The notes beneath the pieces are model-generated. The model was not told where the DNA came from. It did no database searches and saw nothing but the letters and a program-made list of their open reading frames with translations. Below, piece after piece: positions 20,854-29,698 of a stretch of 64,000 nt of DNA (positions are counted from its first letter, which is position 1; the number at the start of each line of letters is the position of its first letter). Origin of the DNA: an uncultured Alphaproteobacteria bacterium (GTDB lineage Bacteria; Pseudomonadota; Alphaproteobacteria; HIMB59; GCA-002718135); assembly GCA_902621305.1 (NCBI GenBank), contig CACNLM010000002.1, forward strand, positions 681 through 64,680, in the 5' to 3' direction. The translations under genes and the position numbers were made by a program.

Positions 20854-22113
20854 GTGAAATCTAAAACAGAAAAGTTATTAGATGAACTGGTCAAACTTCA
20901 TCCCAAATATATTGATCTTTCATTAGATAGATTAAAATTATTATTAAAAAAATTAGGTAATCCCCAAGATCATCTACCAAAAACTATTCATATTGCAGGC
21001 ACAAATGGAAAAGGGTCTGTTCAAAGTTTCATAAGAAATATTTTATTGAAGAATGGGTATAAATGTGATGCATATATCTCGCCACATTTATCTAGGTTTA
21101 ATGAAAGAATAATTCTAAATAATAAAGAAGTAAGTACAAAAAAGCTTTACGAAACTCTAAAATTTGTAAAAACAGTAAATAATAATAAACCAATAACATT
21201 TTTTGAAATAACAACAGCAGCAGCATTCATATTGTTTAAACAATCAAAATCTGACTTTCTTATTTTAGAGACAGGGTTAGGAGGTAGATTAGATGCAACT
21301 AACATAATACCAAAAAAGATTTGTAGTATATTAACACCAATTAGTTTTGATCATGAAGAATTTCTAGGAAAAACACTTAAGAAAATTGCTAATGAAAAAT
21401 TGGGTATAGTGAAGAATTGTGAGTTTGTGTTAATTGGTAAACAAAAAAAAGAGTTAAAAGTTCACATTCAAAAAAAATTAAATAAATTTAAAAATAAATA
21501 TTTTTATGGAAAAGAATTTCGAGTCACAAAATCATTAAAAAATAAGTTTGAAATGAAAATCGATGGAAAAAAATATCTCTATACTCAACCTTCATTGAAC
21601 GGAAAACATCAGGAGGAAAATGCATCAATATCTATTTATTTTGCAAAAATTATGAAAAATATGGGTTATAACTTTAATAAAAAAGAAATTAATGTAGCAA
21701 TAAAAAAAAATGTATGGCCAGGAAGATTGGAAATTATAAATTATAAAAATAAAAAAATAATTCTTGATGGATCGCATAATATTGATGGAGCTGATAAACT
21801 AAATGAATTTTTAAAAACTAGAAAAATAAAACCTATTGTCTTGTTTGGAATGTTGAATAATAAGAAAGCAAGTTTATTTTTAAACAAAATACAAGAAAGT
21901 GTATCTAAAGTTTTAGCTATAAAAATTCCAGATGAAAAAAATTCATTTGAAACTAAACAAATAAATGAGATTTGTAATCTGCAATCTATTAAATGTGAGC
22001 AAATAAATAATATAAATGATGCTTTAAAATATTTTAGATCTAATCAACAAAAAATATATTTAATTACAGGTTCTTTATATTTGATAGGAAAAATTAGAGA
22101 AAAACTATTGTAA
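20854..22113 (+). CDS. folC: Folylpolyglutamate synthase/dihydrofolate synthase
   Basis: HIAGTNGKGS, SPHL, ETGLGGRLDATN, WPGRLE, LDGSHN, TGSLYLIG. Confidence 0.96.
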   Translation: MKSKTEKLLDELVKLHPKYIDLSLDRLKLLLKKLGNPQDHLPKTIHIAGTNGKGSVQSFIRNILLKNGYKCDAYISPHLSRFNERIILNNKEVSTKKLYETLKFVKTVNNNKPITFFEITTAAAFILFKQSKSDFLILETGLGGRLDATNIIPKKICSILTPISFDHEEFLGKTLKKIANEKLGIVKNCEFVLIGKQKKELKVHIQKKLNKFKNKYFYGKEFRVTKSLKNKFEMKIDGKKYLYTQPSLNGKHQEENASISIYFAKIMKNMGYNFNKKEINVAIKKNVWPGRLEIINYKNKKIILDGSHNIDGADKLNEFLKTRKIKPIVLFGMLNNKKASLFLNKIQESVSKVLAIKIPDEKNSFETKQINEICNLQSIKCEQINNINDALKYFRSNQQKIYLITGSLYLIGKIREKLL

Positions 22114-22428
22114 ATTGGATTGTATCCAGGTTTCTAATGCTGTTTTAGGAAGACTACCAACCCTAGTATCCATTAACTCACCATTTTTAAAAATCATTAT
22201 TGTAGGAATTCCCCTAATACCGTATTTTTGTGGTGTCATAGGGTTCTCATCAATGTTCATTTTATATATTTTAACTTTATCTTTGTTCTCTATAGCAATT
22301 TCTTCTAAAATTGGGTCAAGTACTTTACATGGGCCGCACCATTCTGCACCGAAATCAACTACCACTGGCATGTCATTAGTAGAAATATCTTTGTCAAAAG
22401 TTTGATCGTTTGTTTTTAGAGTAGACAT
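22105..22428 (-). CDS. trxA: Thioredoxin
   Basis: WCGPCK active site, GIRGIPT. Confidence 0.96.
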   Translation of the reverse strand: MSTLKTNDQTFDKDISTNDMPVVVDFGAEWCGPCKVLDPILEEIAIENKDKVKIYKMNIDENPMTPQKYGIRGIPTIMIFKNGELMDTRVGSLPKTALETWIQSNLQ

Positions 22429-22474
22429 AATTAATATGTAAGAAATATTTGTCTATTATCAAGCTAAATTAAAT

Positions 22475-23155
22475 CTAATTTTCTAAAATAGATTGTTTAT
22501 CCCCAATATGTCTAATTTTAGATGGGATTACATAACCTTTGATTTGATTGTTTTTTATTAATTTTGTCCAAATTTCATTCATCGGGAATATTTTTTTTCT
22601 TTTATTAAAGATATTTTTAGATACAATTTGAAGTCCGGAATAATACAATTTCTCATTTTTATTTTTCCAATTTGTGACTACATTTCTTTTTAAATAAAAG
22701 TCTCCATTTTCATTTTTTAAACCTAAAAAATTAATATCTTTAGATAACAACATTTTGCAGTGAGAAACATCTTGATAATTAGAAAGAAAATATTTGATAT
22801 GTGATTTATTTTTTTTAGTCCAAAAAATATCAGAATTAACAACACATATTTTTTTTCTATTTGTATAATTGAAAATATTTTTTACTCCTCCACCTGTACC
22901 AAGTATTTTTTTTTCATAGATAGTCTGAATGGGATATTTTTTAAAATTTTTGTCCAAATACTTTTTAATTTTTATATGTAAATAGTGTGTATTTATTAAG
23001 ATTTCATCGCATCCAATAGTAGTAAAGAAATCAATTGTGTTCTTTAATAATATTTTTTTTTTATATTTTAATAGAGGTTTTGGAGTACTGTGTGTCAAAT
23101 TCAGCATTCTTGATCCAAAACCTGCACATAATATCATTAATGTAAAATTCTTCAT
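22475..23155 (-). CDS. Nucleotidyltransferase, MurU-like (MurNAc-1-P uridylyltransferase family)
   Basis: MILCAGFGSRM...TPKPLL, INTHYL, LGTGGG, NSD; tsaE-amgK-murU synteny. Confidence 0.8.
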   Translation of the reverse strand: MKNFTLMILCAGFGSRMLNLTHSTPKPLLKYKKKILLKNTIDFFTTIGCDEILINTHYLHIKIKKYLDKNFKKYPIQTIYEKKILGTGGGVKNIFNYTNRKKICVVNSDIFWTKKNKSHIKYFLSNYQDVSHCKMLLSKDINFLGLKNENGDFYLKRNVVTNWKNKNEKLYYSGLQIVSKNIFNKRKKIFPMNEIWTKLIKNNQIKGYVIPSKIRHIGDKQSILEN

Positions 23156-23158
23156 AAA

Positions 23159-24076
23159 TTATAAATACTTTTCATAAATTGATCTTAGTTGATAATTTTT
23201 AATATTATTCAATGTTGCTATTGTTCTAGATTTGGTTATTTTTAAATAGTCTATATATTGATTATCATTATTTATACTAAGTAATTTTCTCCATCTACCA
23301 AGTAATCGAGTCTGTCGAGCTAAACTTAAAACATGATATTGTTCCCGAAAAGTATTGAGATTTTCAATAGTTGACGTGTTATCATAGAAATATTTAATTA
23401 ATTTATCATTGTAATCTCTTGTAAAATTAATTCTTGGATTTTCTAATAATGATAGTAGGTCCCATCCTATAAATCCCAAAAAAGCACTTTGAAAATCAAT
23501 AATTCCACATTGTAAATGTGATTCATGATTTTCTAAAAATAATAAATTAACAAATTCAAAATCTTTGTGAACAAAATTCTTCATATTATAATTTTGGGAA
23601 TAAAACATGCTTTTCCATAATTCATAAAATTTTGAAGTTGGAAAATTTGAAATTTTGTTTTTAGAAATATAATAAGTAACAAATTCTTTAAGTTCAATTT
23701 TTAAATCTTCAAAGGTGTATTCTTTTAAATTTGCTAAATTATTTAAATGTGATTCATTTTGAATAACAATTATATTGTCTACAGCTAGTTTTAAAAGTTT
23801 ATAAAGATTATCTTTATTGTGTATTTTATTAAATCTATTTTTTCCGAAATCTTGCATATAAATTTTATATTGCTTTCGATTAACTTCATATATCTTAGGG
23901 ATTGATATATTAATCTTTAGTAATATTGCATAAACATTTAGGAAATTTTTAAACTCTTGTTTATCTCTAGAAAAGTCAATTATTATTTTGGTACTCTCTT
24001 TTTCTGTAATTCTATAAATTAATTTATTAGATAATCCATCCTCAATTTTTTCTAAATCATTATGATCAGAATTCAT
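23159..24076 (-). CDS. Aminoglycoside-phosphotransferase family kinase, AmgK-like
   Basis: QDFG, VHKDFEFVNLL (HxD), IIDFQSA, WDLLSLL; lies between tsaE and the nucleotidyltransferase. Confidence 0.78.
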   Translation of the reverse strand: MNSDHNDLEKIEDGLSNKLIYRITEKESTKIIIDFSRDKQEFKNFLNVYAILLKINISIPKIYEVNRKQYKIYMQDFGKNRFNKIHNKDNLYKLLKLAVDNIIVIQNESHLNNLANLKEYTFEDLKIELKEFVTYYISKNKISNFPTSKFYELWKSMFYSQNYNMKNFVHKDFEFVNLLFLENHESHLQCGIIDFQSAFLGFIGWDLLSLLENPRINFTRDYNDKLIKYFYDNTSTIENLNTFREQYHVLSLARQTRLLGRWRKLLSINNDNQYIDYLKITKSRTIATLNNIKNYQLRSIYEKYL

Positions 24077-24527
24077 TCGACTTTTGTTTAAAATTAATAT
24101 TAATTTTTCTTTTAGTTTCTGAAATCATATCTAAATTTATTAAATAATGATTTTTGTTTAATGGTAAACTAATTAACATTTCAGGCCATTCTATAAATGT
24201 AATATTGTTATTTAAATTTTCAAAGAAATCTAATTCCTCTAATTCCTTTAGGTTGTTGACTCTATAAAAATCATAGTGATAGATTTGTGATGAATTTAAT
24301 TCATAGGTTATCAAAATAGGGAATGTTGGACTAATAATAGAAGACGGTTTTGGTAAATTGTTTAATTCAAAAAGATTATTAATTAATAATCTTACGAATG
24401 TTGTTTTACCAGCACCTAGCTCACCTTGAAATAAGTAAATATCTCCAACAGATATGTCTTTACATAAATTAGTAGAGAGTTTTTCAAGTTCACGAAGATC
24501 TAAAATTTGATTACTTAATTTTTGCAA
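24066..24527 (-). CDS. tsaE: tRNA t6A biosynthesis ATPase TsaE
   Basis: GELGAGKTT, SPTF, HYDFYR, IEWPE. Confidence 0.95.
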   Translation of the reverse strand: MQKLSNQILDLRELEKLSTNLCKDISVGDIYLFQGELGAGKTTFVRLLINNLFELNNLPKPSSIISPTFPILITYELNSSQIYHYDFYRVNNLKELEELDFFENLNNNITFIEWPEMLISLPLNKNHYLINLDMISETKRKININFKQKSNEF

Positions 24528-24533
24528 ATTTTA

Positions 24534-25703
24534 CTATGCAATACCTTTTAGAGCTTCCACTAAATCAGTATTTTCCCAAGTAAAATGTCCCTTGTCACTT
24601 GGTTCTCTACCAAAATGACCATAAGCAGAAGTTGGAACATAAATTGAATTTGTAAGTTTTAAATGTTCTCTTATTCCTCTTGGGCTTAGATCAAATAAAT
24701 CTTGCACAGATTTTTCAATTTTCTGTTCATCAACTTTATTTGTTCCATTAGTATTAACATATACTGATAAAGGTTTTGATACTCCTATTGCATAAGATAA
24801 CTGTATAGTACACTCATCAGCTAGGTCGGCTGCAACAACATTTTTTGCTAAATATCTAGCTGCATATGCTGCAGATCTATCAACTTTAGATGGGTCCTTT
24901 CCTGAAAAAGCGCCTCCACCATGGGGCGCTGCACCACCATAAGTATCAACTATTATTTTACGGCCAGTTAAACCAGAGTCGCCATCAGGTCCTCCAATTA
25001 CAAAATTTCCTGTGGGATTTACATAGAATTCTTCATCTTTAAGATCTTCTAATAATTCATTAGGTATACACTCATACACATAAGGTTTAACAATTTCTTT
25101 TACGTCTTCAGGAGATAAACCTTCTTTATGTTGTGAAGAAATTACTAAAGATGTAACTTTGGTTGGTTTTCCGTTTTCATAAAGCATTGTAACTTGGCTT
25201 TTTGAATCAGGTTCTAGACCAGATGCAGATCCATCTTTACGGGCTTGTGCCATTTTATATAATATTTGATGAGAATAATGTATCGGTGCTGGCATTAATG
25301 ATTCAGTGTCTTTACAAGCAAAACCAAACATGATTCCTTGATCGCCTGCGCCCTCATCTTTATTACTACCAGAATCAACACCCATAGCAATATCAGCTGA
25401 CTGCTCATGAAGAAAACTTTCAATATCACAGTTCTGCCAATGAAAACCATCTTGTTCATAACCGATATCTTTAATACAATCCCTAACTTGAGATATAATC
25501 TGATCTTTAGAAACTGATGGTCCTCTTACTTCTCCAGCTAAAACTACTTTATTGGTAGTAGTCAAAGTCTCACAAGCTACGCGTGTTTGTGGGTCACCAG
25601 ATGATAAATAAGTATCAACAACCATATCTGAAATTCTATCACAAACTTTATCTGGATGGCCTTCAGAAACTGATTCACTTGTAAATAAATAAGATCTTTT
25701 CAT
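24534..25703 (-). CDS. metK: S-adenosylmethionine synthetase
   Basis: [49 protein letters not shown]. Confidence 0.98.
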   Translation of the reverse strand: MKRSYLFTSESVSEGHPDKVCDRISDMVVDTYLSSGDPQTRVACETLTTTNKVVLAGEVRGPSVSKDQIISQVRDCIKDIGYEQDGFHWQNCDIESFLHEQSADIAMGVDSGSNKDEGAGDQGIMFGFACKDTESLMPAPIHYSHQILYKMAQARKDGSASGLEPDSKSQVTMLYENGKPTKVTSLVISSQHKEGLSPEDVKEIVKPYVYECIPNELLEDLKDEEFYVNPTGNFVIGGPDGDSGLTGRKIIVDTYGGAAPHGGGAFSGKDPSKVDRSAAYAARYLAKNVVAADLADECTIQLSYAIGVSKPLSVYVNTNGTNKVDEQKIEKSVQDLFDLSPRGIREHLKLTNSIYVPTSAYGHFGREPSDKGHFTWENTDLVEALKGIA

Positions 25704-25711
25704 ATTAACTC

Positions 25712-27013
<1,302 letters not shown>

Positions 27014-27024
27014 TTATGATTATT

Positions 27025-28734
27025 TTAACTTTTTAATGGTAATTTAATCAGAAAACAAGCACCTCTAAAGTCTAATTTGTCACTTTCTGTTAATTCAATT
27101 GAACCATTGAATGAATTGATTATCTCGTAGGATATAGATAAGCCAAGACCTGAGTGCTTGTCCCGATCATCTATTCTATCAGTGTAAAATCTATCAAAAA
27201 TTTTATTTTTTTCTTTCAAATCTATGCCTTTTCCTTGATCATAAATTTTGATTTCAACACAATTTTCATTTTTTTTATTTGATGTAATTAAAATATTTGA
27301 ATTATTTTTGGCAATTGAAATACTATTATCTATTAAATTTAGTATTACCTGCAAAAATTTATCTTTGTTAAGAAGTACTAAATTTTTATTATTATCAGAT
27401 TGAAGTAAAATTTTAATATTTTTCTTATTAGTTGATTTTTCACTAAAATTTTCTTTTAGAAATTTGTTTACATTAGTTAGTTCAAAATTTTCTATTTCAA
27501 TTTCTGCAATAGTTTTTGAAAAATGAGAAATGTCGGAGATCAATCTATTCATTCTATCGATATCTTTATTAAAATTATTTATTACTTTGGTTCTGTTTTC
27601 ATTAGTTATGTTTTTGTTAGTTAATAATTCAAACGTAGATTTTATTGCTGTTAGTGGATTTTTTAGTTCATGTGCAACATCAGAGCTAAATTTTTCTAAT
27701 TGATTGATTTGTGATTTCAATTCTTTTGACATAAGTTGTATTTGGTTAGATAAAATACCGATTTCATCAGATCTTAGAGGGTATATTAATTTTTTCTTAT
27801 TTGTTTTATCTCTCTCAAGGACAGTGATTTTAGTTATTTGTCTTAATGGTGATATCAAACCTCTCAAAAAAATAAATGATAATAAAATTGTAACTAAAAT
27901 AAATAATAGAAAAAAATTAAAAATGTTCAAAGATTGTCTAGCTAGTTCATCATTATTTAATAATAATTTATACTTTATTAGAACAACTCCATAGACGTTA
28001 TTATCTTGGATTATAGGTGATGTTAAAATTCTAGTTATATCATTATTTTCATCTTCGAAAGTTTTAACTAGTTTCTGCTTTTCTTTAATAGTGTCTATAA
28101 TCAAAATAATTTCATGTACATTTTTGTCTAAATTTTTAGTAAATTTATTTTTAAGAAAATAATTATTAATAAAATTAAAATTATTAATATATATTTTTTC
28201 AAATAAATTTGAGAAATCAGCTAAATTTTCACGCGTTTCAGATAAATCTATTTCCTCAACATCTGTGCTCAGAAATAAATTTGATGAATCTGCAATTTTA
28301 ATCCAATTTTCATTATAAATAATGGTGTTAAAATCTTTATCACCAAAGTTTTGAAATATAAATTGTTCAGTTGTAAACTTTTCTAACTCAGGTTCTGACA
28401 ATTCTATAGGATTAATATTATCTGCCAAGTCACAACTCTCTTTGTATGCTTCAATATCTTGAAGATATCTGCAACGATAATCATACTGAAAAATTGGCAC
28501 TCTTAATATTGAAGTGTTTTCTAAATATTTTGTTATATTTGATAAATTTAATCTTATTGATTGATCCCTATTATCTATGAATTTATTATTTTGAATTAAG
28601 TTGAAATTGAAATAAGATAAAAATACTAAACCTAAAAACACAATAATTAAGTTAATTATAATGAGTTGAAATGTTAGATTATAACTTGATAAGGTAAATA
28701 ATCTCTTAATCACGCCAAGAATATCCAGAGCCAT
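27025..28734 (-). CDS. chvG: Sensor histidine kinase, ChvG/ExoS family
   Basis: Two TM helices, HAMP (DEIGIL), DVAHELKNPL, NLIDNS, DQGKG, IFDRFYTDR, SGLGL; downstream of a ChvI-like regulator. Confidence 0.8.
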   Translation of the reverse strand: MALDILGVIKRLFTLSSYNLTFQLIIINLIIVFLGLVFLSYFNFNLIQNNKFIDNRDQSIRLNLSNITKYLENTSILRVPIFQYDYRCRYLQDIEAYKESCDLADNINPIELSEPELEKFTTEQFIFQNFGDKDFNTIIYNENWIKIADSSNLFLSTDVEEIDLSETRENLADFSNLFEKIYINNFNFINNYFLKNKFTKNLDKNVHEIILIIDTIKEKQKLVKTFEDENNDITRILTSPIIQDNNVYGVVLIKYKLLLNNDELARQSLNIFNFFLLFILVTILLSFIFLRGLISPLRQITKITVLERDKTNKKKLIYPLRSDEIGILSNQIQLMSKELKSQINQLEKFSSDVAHELKNPLTAIKSTFELLTNKNITNENRTKVINNFNKDIDRMNRLISDISHFSKTIAEIEIENFELTNVNKFLKENFSEKSTNKKNIKILLQSDNNKNLVLLNKDKFLQVILNLIDNSISIAKNNSNILITSNKKNENCVEIKIYDQGKGIDLKEKNKIFDRFYTDRIDDRDKHSGLGLSISYEIINSFNGSIELTESDKLDFRGACFLIKLPLKS

Positions 28735-29419
28735 ATCTTGTTCTTATTTGATCAAAAGAATTATCATAAGATCTGAATTTTTTTCTTAATCTCTTTATAT
28801 GGCTATCAATAGTCCTGTCATCAACATATATTGAATCACCATACATTGCGTCCATTAATTGATTTCTATCTTTTACTACCCCAGGATACTGAGCAAGAGA
28901 CTTAATTAAATTAAACTCTGCAACCGTAAGTTCAATTTCTATACCTTTCCAAAAACATAATTGTTTATCTTCATCTAGTATCAAATCACCCTTAATAAAA
29001 TTTTGTTTTTTAATATTATTATCTTTTTGTTCTTTATTTCTATTGTTATGAATTCTTAGTACTGTTCTTATGCGCTCATTTAATAATTTTTGTGAAAAAG
29101 GTTTTTTTATATAATCTGAAGCTCCCATTCTTAATCCAATTATCTCATCTTGTTCATGATCTTTTGACGTTAAAAAGATAATCGGAAGATCTTTTAGATT
29201 TTCAATCTTGCTCGAACGTACTTTTGCAAGAAGTTCATTTCCATCCATTTTTGGCATCTTAACATCAAACAGTCCCAAATCATAAGATTTGCTTTCAAGA
29301 GCCTCTAAGGCTTCAACTCCATTAAGAAATGTATCTACTGTAAATCCCTCACTTTGCAGAGAAAGAGATACTGATGTGAGAATCGACTGCTCGTCATCAA
29401 CTAATGCTATCTTCGGCAT
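28706..29419 (-). CDS. chvI: OmpR-family response regulator, ChvI
   Basis: IALVDD..ILTSVS, DVKMPKMDG, FLTSKD, KPFSQKLL, YVDDRTIDSHIKRLRKKF. Confidence 0.9.
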   Translation of the reverse strand: MPKIALVDDEQSILTSVSLSLQSEGFTVDTFLNGVEALEALESKSYDLGLFDVKMPKMDGNELLAKVRSSKIENLKDLPIIFLTSKDHEQDEIIGLRMGASDYIKKPFSQKLLNERIRTVLRIHNNRNKEQKDNNIKKQNFIKGDLILDEDKQLCFWKGIEIELTVAEFNLIKSLAQYPGVVKDRNQLMDAMYGDSIYVDDRTIDSHIKRLRKKFRSYDNSFDQIRTRYGSGYSWRD

Positions 29420-29561
29420 ACTGCTTTTTATTAATAATTTATGGCAGATTTAAGTTCAAAGAAAAAATGACTCAGTTAACAAAATGTGACTTAAGTTGAT
29501 AAGTAAATGTAAATATTTCAATAACTTGTTTGCCTCATAAAAATATGGATTAAGTAAGAGA

Positions 29562-29589
29562 TTGACATGATAAAAAAAATATTTATGTT
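29562..29589 (+). promoter_or_regulatory. Sigma70-type promoter for nrdA (TTGACA-N16-TATGTT)
   Basis: Perfect TTGACA at 29562-29567; -10-like TATGTT at 29584-29589. Confidence 0.55.
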
Positions 29590-29601
29590 CTTATTTTGTT
29601 C
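29587..29601 (+). promoter_or_regulatory. Alphaproteobacterial LexA (SOS) box GTTC-N7-GTTC
   Basis: GTTC TTATTTT GTTC is an exact match to the alpha-class LexA direct repeat and overlaps the predicted -10 of the nrdA promoter. Confidence 0.7.
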
Positions 29602-29613
29602 TTATTGCGATAT

Positions 29614-29660
29614 TGAGCAAATGTTGTATTGTCCCTTTTCGGCGGCACTACATATTGTGT
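29614..29660 (+). promoter_or_regulatory. Tandem NrdR boxes upstream of nrdA
   Basis: Strong box GCACTACATATTGTGT (29645-29660) fits acaCwAtATaTwGtg; degenerate box TGAGCAAATGTTGTAT starts 31 bp upstream (29614-29629), the typical tandem spacing. Confidence 0.75.
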
Positions 29661-29698
29661 TTTTCGACAATAATTTTTTAAAAATGGATAGAATTTAA

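Noticed and set aside
8655-22405. Antisense ORFs within the NDUFA9-like gene, kdsD, lptB, aroA, cmk, rpsA (185 aa at 15636-16193), trpF, trpB, accD and trxA
   Set aside because: Their Ile/Phe/Ser/Leu-rich composition is what the reverse complement of Lys/Glu/Asn-rich AT-biased genes produces; no independent evidence
29440-29500. Imperfect TGACT..AGTT direct repeat upstream of chvI as a ChvI autoregulatory or CtrA site
   Set aside because: Irregular spacing, poor fit to the motifs I know, and TTAA words are too frequent in AT-rich DNA to be informative
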